Origin: an uncultured bacterium
GTDB taxonomy: Bacteria > Verrucomicrobiota > Kiritimatiellia > CAIKKV01
Length of the DNA: 64,000 nt
Assembly: GCA_938038445.1 (NCBI GenBank)
Contig: CALHRZ010000017.1
Coordinates: forward strand, 12,065 to 76,064
Direction of reading: 5' to 3'
The notes beneath the pieces are model-generated. The model did not search any database and was not told where the DNA came from. It was given only the letters and a program-made list of their open reading frames with translations. The position numbers and the translations under genes are program-made. Below are positions 38,655-48,169 of the stretch, piece after piece (the stretch's first letter is position 1; the number at the start of each line of letters is the position of its first letter).

Positions 38655-39374
38655 ATGCCTATTTTCCGCTGTCCATATTGTCGCGGCCTCTTTTCCGAGC
38701 TCCTCCAACACGCCTGCCCCCACTGCGGCCGAACCCCCTTGATGCCGGCCGACCGGCGAAAATCGCCCGCACATTCCTCCACTCCCCCTCTTGCCTCCCG
38801 GCGTCGCCCACCGCCCCCGTTTCTCCTCGGATTTCTCGGTCACAACGGGTTCAAGCTGACCGCTGCTCTCCTGATCCTGCTCGCTGCCGGCAGCGCCCTC
38901 TTGAGCCGCGCCCGCACTCCCCCGGTGGACAGCACGCCAAGAAAAATCGAACGGACACGCCAAAGCCTCGCCAATCTGCGGGTCGCTGTGGAACAGTTCC
39001 GCCTGGATACCGGCCGCTATCCTTCCACCGAGGAAGGACTCGCCGCCCTCGTTCATCCCCCCGACGGAATTCAGAACTGGGACGGCCCCTATATCGTCGT
39101 GCTCAAAAACGACCTCTGGGGGCGTCCCTTTCGCTACCGTCTGAACGGAAATTCACCCTTCCTCGCCGGCGATGGGCCGGACCGCGAAAGCAATACCCAG
39201 GACGATCTCGTGGTTGAGGAAGAACAGACCCGAATCGAGTTTCCAACCGCCGGCGGACTCCGGGCCGTTATCGCTTTCTGGGACGGCTCCCGCCAAGCCA
39301 TTGTGGATGAAACGCTCCCCCCACCCCGCGCCATTCGAACCCGTATCGTGCCGAACCCTCCGGGCACGCCCTAG
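38655..39374 (+). CDS. Type II secretion GspG-like pseudopilin domain protein with N-terminal zinc ribbon
   Basis: Start is MPIFRCPYCRG...CPHCGRTP (C4 zinc ribbon), followed by a basic/Pro-rich linker and a hydrophobic helix (LGFLGHNGFKLTAALLILLAAGSALL). The C-terminal domain matches the T2SS-G fold (LANLRVAVEQFRLDTGRYPSTEEGLAALVHPP...WDGPYI...DLWGRPFRY). The canonical G/FTLxE cleavage motif is absent. It is divergent from the 1527-aa TPR gene. Confidence 0.6.
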   Translation: MPIFRCPYCRGLFSELLQHACPHCGRTPLMPADRRKSPAHSSTPPLASRRRPPPPFLLGFLGHNGFKLTAALLILLAAGSALLSRARTPPVDSTPRKIERTRQSLANLRVAVEQFRLDTGRYPSTEEGLAALVHPPDGIQNWDGPYIVVLKNDLWGRPFRYRLNGNSPFLAGDGPDRESNTQDDLVVEEEQTRIEFPTAGGLRAVIAFWDGSRQAIVDETLPPPRAIRTRIVPNPPGTP

Positions 39375-40621
39375 CATCCGCCTCCAACTTCTTGTTCCAA
39401 CACGTCCCGTGCCAGGGCAGTCCATCGCCGCAGGCGGTCGGGTTCCCCTTGCACCGTTTCGACATCCTTGAGATGGACATGGAAAACCGTTCCTCGTAGG
39501 GCGTTGGCGCCTTCCCGCAGAATTCGTCTGATCCGGTCCTCATCCCAGCTCGTGCAGACCATGTCGGACGGGTTTGGCCGCCACGAGATCACATAATCCC
39601 GCCCGATCGCCTCCGCGCACCGGCCAACGTTTGCACTGGGTGTCACCGCAATGCTTCGGAGATTTGGCAGTTGACGCAACATCCCGATCTTTTCCGTAAG
39701 ATCCTCGCAACACCCGTAATGGACCAGGCCGAACGGTTCCATAATGGGGCGTTGATAACGAAAAAGGAACTCCTCGTGCTGGGCGGGCGAAACCAGTGTA
39801 TACTCCTGCGCGGCGCAGAAACCCCAGAGCGCACTCCGTTTAACCGGTTCGCTGTTCGGCTGTGGACGCGGCAACTCTTCAGCATAGGGTGGCGCCTGCT
39901 GGTTGCCACACGTAAGGGTATAGTGCCCCGCCTCTTCGGCTTGACGGTTGTTTGCCAGTATCCCATCCCGCATGAACGCCAAAACCCGATGCAGTTCCGC
40001 GGGATGCTCATACATGTCGAGCATGATTTCGTTTAAGCCACGCAACCGAATCAGAAAAGTGGAAATGTCCGCTGCAAATCCTGCATAGAATGGACCCCGA
40101 TGGATGTCGATCGGAAGCAGATCGCCCACCGCTTCGGCCAGTTTTTCCACTCGTCGGGCGGTCTCCGCTTCGTCCACGATATGCGGTATCGCCCGCAAGG
40201 CGGACGCATCCACCCATTCCCGAATGGGAGGCTGAAACGTGCGCGCTCCGCCGCGTTCGGGCGCTTCACTCAGATCGGCCACCAGCCCCCAAGGCGCACG
40301 CCAGTCGCCCTGAACCGCCGCCCGCACGGTCAACCACGGCTCCAATACGGAATCATCCCCCGTCTCCACTTGGAATAATGCCATCTTGAGCGTTCGCTCA
40401 TACTCCCGATAAAAAGGATCTTCACACTCCATCGCGGCATCGCCAAACCGGTCGGCGCACCAGACGTTCCACATGCCAAAGGTGGCAAGGATCAAGGGTC
40501 GGGTCGGTTTCAACGAATGATGAGCCGCCCATAGGCGCCGCTTCATTTCCATTTCCGGGGCCAGGGCATGTTCCCGGTACCGTAGGACGAGATCGCGAAG
40601 AAGGGTTCGGTCACGGTTCAT
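39371..40621 (-). CDS. Hypothetical protein (possible TIM-barrel enzyme)
   Basis: 416 aa, starting at MNRDRTLLRDLV (ATG verified). An ATGA overlap joins it to the upstream O-antigen-ligase gene. I recognise no confident family. Confidence 0.45.
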   Translation of the reverse strand: MNRDRTLLRDLVLRYREHALAPEMEMKRRLWAAHHSLKPTRPLILATFGMWNVWCADRFGDAAMECEDPFYREYERTLKMALFQVETGDDSVLEPWLTVRAAVQGDWRAPWGLVADLSEAPERGGARTFQPPIREWVDASALRAIPHIVDEAETARRVEKLAEAVGDLLPIDIHRGPFYAGFAADISTFLIRLRGLNEIMLDMYEHPAELHRVLAFMRDGILANNRQAEEAGHYTLTCGNQQAPPYAEELPRPQPNSEPVKRSALWGFCAAQEYTLVSPAQHEEFLFRYQRPIMEPFGLVHYGCCEDLTEKIGMLRQLPNLRSIAVTPSANVGRCAEAIGRDYVISWRPNPSDMVCTSWDEDRIRRILREGANALRGTVFHVHLKDVETVQGEPDRLRRWTALARDVLEQEVGGGC

Positions 40622-41859
40622 AGAGGCTCTTTTCCTTTCCTTGCACAGGGGAAGGTACCCCCCCCCTCCATGGCAGCGGCTAGTCCAAACGCCAAGAGAA
40701 GTCCGACCCCACGAACCAGCATCGGGCTCCAAACGCCCGCCACCATAAACGCCGCCACGATTCCAACTCCACCCAAACGAAGAGCCCGCGTCCAACCTCC
40801 CTCCCCACTGCGCCCAGAGGTCAGACCGGCTGCCAACGCGGCCCCCAAAAGACCCAGAAAAGCGAGAAGTCCGGGCAACCCGATCGAACCAGCCATTACC
40901 AGATAAAGATTTTGCGAATCAGGCTCCGCCGGTCGGCCTCCCTCGATCGGTAACACCCCGTAGTATTCGCCGATCCGTCTCTGATACATTCCGGCCCCCA
41001 CTCCCAGAACAGGATGATCCGCCGCCATCTCCACCGCCGCCTGCCATTCCGCATACCGCCGGACGGGGTCGCCCTCCCCGTCGAAAACCGCTACCGACTC
41101 CCGCGCCAGTTCCAAATTCGGCCGCGGAAGAAGAGGGGCAATGCCCAGTCCCCAAACCAGCATCAAAAACGCCCACACAACATAAGTCCCCCGTCCCTTC
41201 GCAAAGGCCAAAACACCGGTGGCCACTGCGAGGGCAAGAAGCGCACCACCGGAAAGCAAGGAACATAGACCGATGAGAAAAAGCAAAACGGCCACTCCGC
41301 GCCACCAAAATGGGAACGGCTCGAACGCAAACGCCGCCACAGCCGCAAGCCCCATGGCCATATATCCTCCAAAGACGGTCCGATTGGGAAACGGCCCCCG
41401 AACCTCAAACGGCGGAAGTTCTCTCAGCGCATAATGCCATAACCCCCAGCCGAGCGTTCCAAGAACCGCCAGCAAAACCGCCACCGTCAAGGTACGGCGG
41501 GAGGCCGTCTCGGACAACGCCCAAGCAAAGAGAGGCGCCGCCACTAAAAAATATTCTGCTGCTTGAACCCCCTCTGCCGCTGAACGAAACGGCGCGTCGC
41601 TGTTCAACCCTGAAAGAAGCGTCCAGCCGGTGAAAAGCCCCCCAAATAAAAGAAAAGGACGAAAAAACCGCCAGGCGGTGCCCCATCCCACCGCCCAAAG
41701 CGCAGCCAGTCCCAAAAGCCACACAAGAGGATCCGCAAGGGTCACATGGAGTTTCGGTGCGACTTGAACGCTCACCGGCAACGGAGCCGTCAAAATCAAC
41801 ACGGCAACGCTATGAGGCAAAAACCGTCGAAGCCTCACTCGCAACCGCTCCCATATCAC
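40618..41859 (-). CDS. O-antigen ligase (Wzy_C) family polytopic membrane protein
   Basis: About 10 TMs with a large periplasmic loop resembling the Wzy_C region. There is no in-frame ATG before the upstream gene ends. A GTG at 41859 overlaps the upstream TGA stop (GTGA), and I take that as the start. Confidence 0.55.
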   Translation of the reverse strand: MIWERLRVRLRRFLPHSVAVLILTAPLPVSVQVAPKLHVTLADPLVWLLGLAALWAVGWGTAWRFFRPFLLFGGLFTGWTLLSGLNSDAPFRSAAEGVQAAEYFLVAAPLFAWALSETASRRTLTVAVLLAVLGTLGWGLWHYALRELPPFEVRGPFPNRTVFGGYMAMGLAAVAAFAFEPFPFWWRGVAVLLFLIGLCSLLSGGALLALAVATGVLAFAKGRGTYVVWAFLMLVWGLGIAPLLPRPNLELARESVAVFDGEGDPVRRYAEWQAAVEMAADHPVLGVGAGMYQRRIGEYYGVLPIEGGRPAEPDSQNLYLVMAGSIGLPGLLAFLGLLGAALAAGLTSGRSGEGGWTRALRLGGVGIVAAFMVAGVWSPMLVRGVGLLLAFGLAAAMEGGGTFPCARKGKEPL

Positions 41860-42422
41860 GGCAGCTTCTCCCGCATCACAGGTTCCTCTCCGACCGGCAC
41901 ATAGGTCCGATCGGTGGTCAGCAAAATTTGGCTGATGGCGGCTCCGTCTTCTCGATTTCGGATCACCAGTTTCTGCAGTCCCCTCTCCAACACCAATTGC
42001 TTGAGACGAGCCGGAGCCTTGACCCAATGCCACACTTTGAAGGTCGCATTCTCCCCAAAAACGAACGGCTTTGCGTCATTGAGGGCCATCCAAAAAGAAT
42101 TGCCGCATTCATCGGGCCACCACACCCGGCACCAAAGATAATATTCCCCCGAGGCCGGCACTTCGAAGGTATAAACCGCTTCGCCGGCATTCACAGCCGG
42201 CGGATTTCCCGCACCTTGCGGAATTTCGAGATAGCGCCCGCCGGAAAGTTCACGGCCAAGGCTGGCACGCAAAGCGGGTGGCGCATTGGACACCCAGGCG
42301 ACCGCCATCGGCGGTTCAATCCGATCCGCGGACACGGCATCAAAACAAATCCGCACCCTCTCAGCGTGAACCATCGCCGTAACAGCAAACACTCCCAACC
42401 CAGCAACGACAAAACACTTCAT
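41856..42422 (-). CDS. Secreted hypothetical protein
   Basis: Start is MKCFVVAGLGVFAVTAMVHA (signal peptide). The ~188-aa protein is Trp-rich (YYLWCRVWWPDECGNSFW) and has no recognised family. An ATGA overlap joins it to the ROK kinase gene. Confidence 0.5.
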   Translation of the reverse strand: MKCFVVAGLGVFAVTAMVHAERVRICFDAVSADRIEPPMAVAWVSNAPPALRASLGRELSGGRYLEIPQGAGNPPAVNAGEAVYTFEVPASGEYYLWCRVWWPDECGNSFWMALNDAKPFVFGENATFKVWHWVKAPARLKQLVLERGLQKLVIRNREDGAAISQILLTTDRTYVPVGEEPVMREKLP

Positions 42423-43417
42423 GGCGACAACCTCCTCTTCTCGGAACCCCTCCCCTCCGAAGACTCCCAACCAACCAACGCCACCGCAAGGCCGGCGAGA
42501 TCGCCGATCCGATCCCCCAGCGAAGCCGGCGCTATCCTGCACTTTTCGAGCGGCCATTTCCACGCGTACCGAGGCAGCCTTTCCATCAAAAGGGGCATCA
42601 CGATGTCCGCCTCCCGAATCGCCATGGTGCCCAGAAGAATCACTTGGGGATCCAAAGCCATCAGAATGATGCCGATTCCCTGGGCCAACCGCTCCAAGAC
42701 CTCACTCCAGACCTCCACGGCAAGAGGATCCCCTTTCCGATAGGCCTCTGTGATAGCCCGCATGGAAATCGCCTCGACGTCTCCGCCCGCTTCCGCCACG
42801 ATCTGGGTGCGAATCGCCTCGCGCCGAATGCGCCCCTTCACCTGCTCGCTGACCATCCGCCCCCCCACAAAGGATTCCCAACACCCCCTCAGACCACAGC
42901 CACAGGACGGGCCGCTCGGATCGAGAACCATGTGGCCGAACTCCCCGGCGCTGTCGGTCTTCCCCTGCACAAGTCGGCCGTTCGTAATGACGCCACCACC
43001 CATGCCAGTGCTAAAGGTCAGATAAACCAGATCCGGCGTTCCTCGAAAGGCTCCAAATCGCCATTCCGCGAGCGCAGCCGCATTCGCATCATTGTTGAAA
43101 TAAACTGGAACGTTCACCCCTTCCTGCACAATGCGCACAATGGGTAAATTGGCAAACCCCGGATTATTCGGAGGCGCAAGCAGCAGGCCATCCTGCACCG
43201 AAAGAGGACCAGGAGCGGAAATGCCGACCGCTCCCACATCCCCCAGTCGCCAGCCCGCCTCCTCCGCCGTCCGCCGGCAGGCGATCAGAAGATTCCGACG
43301 ATAGGTATCGGCATCCTGAGGCGTCGCCATCCGTTGGGAAGCAAACAAGCGCCCCGTTTCGTCCCCCGCACATACCGCGGTTTTGGTTCCCCCGATGTCA
43401 ATCCCCAGCAATTTCAT
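42419..43417 (-). CDS. ROK family sugar kinase (glucokinase/N-acetylglucosamine kinase-like)
   Basis: The N-terminal ATPase motif is LGIDIGGTKTAV. It has the DNDANAAALAE motif and the zinc motif GHMVLDPSGPSCGCGLRGCWE. Confidence 0.8.
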   Translation of the reverse strand: MKLLGIDIGGTKTAVCAGDETGRLFASQRMATPQDADTYRRNLLIACRRTAEEAGWRLGDVGAVGISAPGPLSVQDGLLLAPPNNPGFANLPIVRIVQEGVNVPVYFNNDANAAALAEWRFGAFRGTPDLVYLTFSTGMGGGVITNGRLVQGKTDSAGEFGHMVLDPSGPSCGCGLRGCWESFVGGRMVSEQVKGRIRREAIRTQIVAEAGGDVEAISMRAITEAYRKGDPLAVEVWSEVLERLAQGIGIILMALDPQVILLGTMAIREADIVMPLLMERLPRYAWKWPLEKCRIAPASLGDRIGDLAGLAVALVGWESSEGRGSEKRRLSP

Positions 43418-43450
43418 TGCTGCCTGCTCCTCCGTAAGAACTCCCCTCGT

Positions 43451-44719
43451 TCATCCCCATTCGAGATGAGTGGCCGCCAGAACGGCCAGCAATCCCAATA
43501 TGCCACCCCGAAGGACCACCAGTTGAAAAAAACCCCGTAGGAGATTCTGGACCTCAATACGGCTACTTTCGGCTGCCTGTTCAACGGGATCGAAATCGCG
43601 CACAGCCCCCACCGCCCGATCGAGAAAGCGGTACATTCCCTTCAGACCTCGTTCGACCGCTTCGCGCAGGGGAGTGGAATGATGCTCCGTACACGGTTCG
43701 CCTCCATGGGTATGGGGAGGTTCGACAAGCTGCCCCGTTCGGACCACCCACCCAATCTGACCGCTCAACAGGATCAGCAGAAGCAAAAAGGTGGACATGA
43801 AGATCGCCACGGGCGTCGAAAAAAGCGTCCCCATCGTGAGCCCCGCCGCGGCTAACAAAAGGAGACGAAACCAAATCAGCGCCAGTCCTCGAAGCAGGTT
43901 GGTCGCAAAGCAGCCCGCTTCGCTCCATAGCGTCACGCTCTTCTCCTCATCAAAAAGAATCGTATCGCGGTCCAAGTTCCTGTACCGGACCTCCCAAACC
44001 CCAGCTGCTATCGTGTCCGAAGGCGCCGGAAGGGAAATTTCCTGCACCACGCCCGGTCGAAGCTCCAGCCGTTCGTAATAATACATACGCCCTTCGGGGT
44101 CCCGAATCTCCCACTCCCCCGGAATCGTCCACCGGGAGACAACCGCCGGCGAGAAAAATCGAGCCCGAAGCAACAACGGCTTTCCGGCGGAAACAGTCGG
44201 CATCTCCAACCGCCATACCCCCATTCCTTCCCCTTCGACCCATCGGGTGCCTGCAACAGGACGCGTCAGCCGGCGGACAGTCCAAACGCGATTCCGCAGC
44301 TCGGTTTGATCACTCGGCAAACGGCCGCTTCCAAATGACCGAACCATCATGAAAAAAAACAGCCCAAAACTGCCCAACAGCAAAACACCGTTGATCAAGC
44401 AAAGGGCCAACCATTTTCCAAGCCACACCGCGACAAAAGGGACGGGCTTGACCAAAATTTGCTGAAGATGCCGGCGCTCGCGCTCCCCAGCCACAAGACC
44501 CGGCCCTGCGCCCAATGTCGCCACAGAGAGCCCCAGCAGCATCAGATGGAATTGGTACTGGATCCAGACCCGCGCACGCCCCACCGCCGTCCCGTCGTCA
44601 CGCAGCATCCAGGGTAGAATCAGGGTAAAGCCCAGAAGGAAAATCGCCGTCACCACAACCCAACGGGACCGAATCAACGCGCGAACGGTGAGTCCAACGA
44701 CTGCAAACGTTGCCTTCAT
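43451..44719 (-). CDS. ABC-2 type transporter permease with large extracytoplasmic loop
   Basis: Start is MKATFAVVGLTV. N- and C-terminal TM clusters are separated by a soluble region of about 160 aa. An ATGA overlap joins it to the ATPase gene. Confidence 0.55.
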   Translation of the reverse strand: MKATFAVVGLTVRALIRSRWVVVTAIFLLGFTLILPWMLRDDGTAVGRARVWIQYQFHLMLLGLSVATLGAGPGLVAGERERRHLQQILVKPVPFVAVWLGKWLALCLINGVLLLGSFGLFFFMMVRSFGSGRLPSDQTELRNRVWTVRRLTRPVAGTRWVEGEGMGVWRLEMPTVSAGKPLLLRARFFSPAVVSRWTIPGEWEIRDPEGRMYYYERLELRPGVVQEISLPAPSDTIAAGVWEVRYRNLDRDTILFDEEKSVTLWSEAGCFATNLLRGLALIWFRLLLLAAAGLTMGTLFSTPVAIFMSTFLLLLILLSGQIGWVVRTGQLVEPPHTHGGEPCTEHHSTPLREAVERGLKGMYRFLDRAVGAVRDFDPVEQAAESSRIEVQNLLRGFFQLVVLRGGILGLLAVLAATHLEWG

Positions 44720-45654
44720 GGCGGCGCGCTTTCTCCCTTCCCTTTCAGAAATGGAGCCAAAGGCGCCTCCTCCTCCACAGCAGCACCACTCGCGCCCTCC
44801 GGCGGCGGAGGCGCGTGACGGATCGTTTCGAGAAAAACGGTCTCCAGGTCCTTCCTCGGATGTTCCCACAGGGGGACTGCGCCCGTCCGCCGGCGAAGCC
44901 ATTCCAGCGATTCCTCCCGCACCGCTGGGTCCAGCGCCGGAAGGAGAATCCGAATCTGACCATGTTCCTCGAGCAAATCATTCACACAGCCGAGCGCACA
45001 GAGCAAGCCATGATACAGAATGGCAATCCGGTCGCATACATCCTCCACATCGGCCAGCAAGTGGGAGGAAAGAATGACGGTGCGTCCCCGCTGTGCAAGG
45101 GCCCGAATCATCTCTTTGACCTGCCGACTTCCCACGGGATCCAATCCCGCCGTCGGTTCGTCGAGCAGTATCAGATCGGGATCGTTAATCAGCGTCTGGG
45201 CCAAACAGACACGGCGCGCCATCCCCTTGGAAAATTCCCCCACCCGCCGACATCGAGCATGTGCCAAGCCTGTCATCGCCAACAGTTCTTCCACCCGCCG
45301 CGCGCGTTCCGCCGCCTCCAGCCCGAACAGCTGGCCAAAAAAGTCCAGCGTCTCTTCAGCCGTCAAAAAAGGATAAAGAGAGGACTCCTCCGGCATGTAA
45401 CCGATCCGAGCCCGAATCGCCGTCGTGTCGGGCGATTGCCCGAGAACCCTAATTTGACCGGCCGTGGGACGCAACAGACCCAGCATCATCTTCATCAGCG
45501 TGCTCTTGCCCGAGCCATTCGGTCCCAACAAGCCAAACACCTCACCAGCGGCCACATCAAAACTCACCCCCCGGACCGCCCGGACCCGCGCCCGTCCCCA
45601 GAAATCTCGAAACGTCTTCTCCACCTTTTCGATTTGGACTCGGCACTCGGTCAT
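44716..45654 (-). CDS. ABC transporter ATP-binding protein
   Basis: Walker A is GLLGPNGSGKST, the signature is FSKGMARRVCLAQ, and Walker B is ILLDEPTAGLD. Confidence 0.85.
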   Translation of the reverse strand: MTECRVQIEKVEKTFRDFWGRARVRAVRGVSFDVAAGEVFGLLGPNGSGKSTLMKMMLGLLRPTAGQIRVLGQSPDTTAIRARIGYMPEESSLYPFLTAEETLDFFGQLFGLEAAERARRVEELLAMTGLAHARCRRVGEFSKGMARRVCLAQTLINDPDLILLDEPTAGLDPVGSRQVKEMIRALAQRGRTVILSSHLLADVEDVCDRIAILYHGLLCALGCVNDLLEEHGQIRILLPALDPAVREESLEWLRRRTGAVPLWEHPRKDLETVFLETIRHAPPPPEGASGAAVEEEAPLAPFLKGKGESAPP

Positions 45655-45667
45655 CGAACATCGCCTT

Positions 45668-46651
45668 TCATCCGAGTTCCCGTTCCGCGAACCACGCCGT
45701 GCCGACCGATAAAAAAAACGCCGTCCATGTCACGGAATAAAGAGCAGCCCAACCCAAATAAGTGAGCGGAAGCGACCGACCCGCATACAACGCATCGGCC
45801 GGCCAAAAAAGGGACCAGGAAGGCATCAGCCAGGCAATCCCCATCACCCGAAGGCTTTCCGCAACTGCGCCCCTCCATTCATGAATCAACGGCTCGAGGG
45901 ACAGCCCCAATACGAGAAGCAGAGTCATGAACCCCGCAAGAACAGGCGCTGAACTGAAACGAGCCGCCAGCGTATGGGCAGCGGCTGCAAGAACCCCCAA
46001 CCCCAGATAGACCAAACCAAAGGCGGGAAGCAACCGAACCCCCGAAGCCAAAACCCTTCCGGCCGAAGCGACATCCGCGCGAAGATCCCGTATCAGAAGA
46101 AAGGACAGCGCCATCCCCAGCGCAATGGGCAACAGGAAAAAAGACCACTCGGCATAAGGTGATCCCCGCCGATAGTTGATCATACCGGAGATTCCATGAG
46201 CCGCCGCAACAGCGGCCAAAATAATCAAACCGGCCCGTTCGTCCTCCCCATGTTCCAAAGGCCCGATTTGTTGGCTTAACACCGCGGCGGTCCAAAGACA
46301 GAACGAAAAAAGCGCAAGCACGACGAGAACCCCCGTAAAGCGCGCGAGGAAAAATTCCGCGCGCCGAACTGGCTTGCATAGAATCAGCCCGGCCGCACGC
46401 CCTTGAAGGTCCAACCCCAAACCGAGTTGACTGACTGCCCCGGCGAGATAAGCACCCAAAAGGAAGTGAAGCGCCAGAATTCCGTCCATAACCAACCGAT
46501 TCTCTTCTCCAAATTGAAAGGCCGTCATAAAAGGCATAAGGGCCGCCAGGAGAATCGCCACGGTCGTCACCAACAGAATCACCGGCTGCCGGAGGGATTC
46601 TCGGACCGACTGAACCACCAACGCGTGAAATATGTCAAGCCGGAAAGCCAT
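45668..46651 (-). CDS. ABC-2 type transporter permease
   Basis: 328 aa with 6 or more TMs. Start is MAFRLDIFHALVVQSV. Confidence 0.55.
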   Translation of the reverse strand: MAFRLDIFHALVVQSVRESLRQPVILLVTTVAILLAALMPFMTAFQFGEENRLVMDGILALHFLLGAYLAGAVSQLGLGLDLQGRAAGLILCKPVRRAEFFLARFTGVLVVLALFSFCLWTAAVLSQQIGPLEHGEDERAGLIILAAVAAAHGISGMINYRRGSPYAEWSFFLLPIALGMALSFLLIRDLRADVASAGRVLASGVRLLPAFGLVYLGLGVLAAAAHTLAARFSSAPVLAGFMTLLLVLGLSLEPLIHEWRGAVAESLRVMGIAWLMPSWSLFWPADALYAGRSLPLTYLGWAALYSVTWTAFFLSVGTAWFAERELG

Positions 46652-46743
46652 GAACTTTTCATGATACGAGAATATCCCCCTTCGGAAAAGATTCTTTTTC
46701 CCCCCTTTACGAAACGAGATACAAGTCCTATCCTGTACAGACG

Positions 46744-47412
46744 ATGCATGACGTAGCCTCCAGCGGCCTGATGGGCCGAGTGTTCTCCGCCCTTCTCCTG
46801 CTCTTAATAATGGAAGGAACGACCGACCTCGTCGCCGGGGTTTCATTCCTCCCGGCAGGCAAGAAACGCGTTCTCATCCTGCATCACGGCGAACCCATCT
46901 CATCGAAATCGGCGTCCGCAGCCCGCCAACCAACCGCCTTCTCAGAAGCCGTTACCCATGCCACAACCCCGGGGGTCAATGTGGAACGCTTGGCCAGAGC
47001 GTTGGAAGAAGGGTTCACACAAAAGGGGTGTCAGGTTGCTCGAAAAACACCCGCCGATCTTGCCTCCTTCCGAGATTTGTTGGGTTACGACGCAATTCTG
47101 ATCGGTTCCCCCGTCTGGTTCAGCAACATGTCCTGGCCGATGAAAAAACTATTCGACACCTACTTCTTCACCATTTATGAACATCATCCCGGCCGGCTTC
47201 AGGGAATCGTGATGAGCGCGTTTTGTACGGTGATGGAATCGGGGAATAGCGGCCCCCGCGCCCTGCAGGCCATGCAGGCGGGTTTGGAACATCTCACGGA
47301 TCGCGTGGTACCCGGACTTGTGATTCAAACCACTATGTCCGAAGCCCAATGGCGCCCCCTGCTCCACACGTTCATCGAGCAAATCCATAACGCCTTCCCT
47401 CAAAAACCATGA
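46744..47412 (+). CDS. Flavodoxin-like fold protein (NAD(P)H-dependent FMN reductase-like)
   Basis: It has KRVLILHHGEP...YDAILIGSPVWFSNMSWPMKKLFD, the flavodoxin-like FMN-binding loops. The start is uncertain, with an alternative at 46810. An ATGA overlap joins it to the downstream gene. Confidence 0.55.
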   Translation: MHDVASSGLMGRVFSALLLLLIMEGTTDLVAGVSFLPAGKKRVLILHHGEPISSKSASAARQPTAFSEAVTHATTPGVNVERLARALEEGFTQKGCQVARKTPADLASFRDLLGYDAILIGSPVWFSNMSWPMKKLFDTYFFTIYEHHPGRLQGIVMSAFCTVMESGNSGPRALQAMQAGLEHLTDRVVPGLVIQTTMSEAQWRPLLHTFIEQIHNAFPQKP

Positions 47413-48152
47413 CGGATGGGAATCCCTTCTCTCCTCCCCGCCCCGTTTCGTTTTCCGCCGTCCCGTTCTCTCTTGCGGACGCTTTCCTCGCCGGAGCAAT
47501 GGCCCTCGTCCTCCATCGCCTCCTTTCTCACTTGCTCCCCGCCCTCTTCCCCCAAATTCCCCTCAGTGTTAATATCGCCCTGTCCGCCTGGATCCTCCCC
47601 GCCTGCCTGGCGCTTCCCGTCTGGCTCGTCGTCCGGCGAAAGGGACTTTCCCTCGTCACCGCCTTCCGGCTCCAACGGTCCGCCTGGCCCCGATCGCTTC
47701 TGATCGCCTTTGCCGTCACTCTCGTTCTGCAGCCCATTTGCAGACTTCTGTTCCAACTCAATTTGGCCCTGAGTTCCCTCGCGCCGCTTCCTCGTCCCCC
47801 TCTGCCGAGCTTTGAAATCCTTGCCCTCCGCGCTTCTCCAACGGCTTTGGCGCTCGCCTTGCTCTCCGCTGTGCTTTTCGCACCTTTTTGCGAAGAACTT
47901 TTCTTCCGCGGCATCCTTTTTTCCTCCTTTCGCTCCTTCCTTTCCGCTCCCTGTGCACTGGTCGTTACCTCCGCCTTTTTCGCCTGGATTCACGGCCAAC
48001 CGATGGATTCGATTTCGTTGACCGTCTCGTCCATCGGTTTTACGCTCGCCGCGCTTTGGGCCCGCTCCCTCGCCGCTGCAATTCTCGTTCATGTCTTCTC
48101 CAACCTATTGGCCACTGCCACCCTTCTCTTCTTTCAGATCCCCTCCTCCTGA
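47409..48152 (+). CDS. CPBP family intramembrane glutamic endopeptidase (CAAX protease-like)
   Basis: A multi-TM protein with the motifs EELFFRG and FAWIHG. Confidence 0.7.
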   Translation: MTDGNPFSPPRPVSFSAVPFSLADAFLAGAMALVLHRLLSHLLPALFPQIPLSVNIALSAWILPACLALPVWLVVRRKGLSLVTAFRLQRSAWPRSLLIAFAVTLVLQPICRLLFQLNLALSSLAPLPRPPLPSFEILALRASPTALALALLSAVLFAPFCEELFFRGILFSSFRSFLSAPCALVVTSAFFAWIHGQPMDSISLTVSSIGFTLAALWARSLAAAILVHVFSNLLATATLLFFQIPSS

Positions 48153-48169
48153 AACCCTCGGAGATTTCC

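Noticed and set aside
39371-40621. Assigning the 416-aa protein to the uroporphyrinogen-decarboxylase-like TIM-barrel family
   Set aside because: The resemblance is only an impression from a few residues (HYGCCED...). I found no diagnostic motif, so it stays hypothetical.
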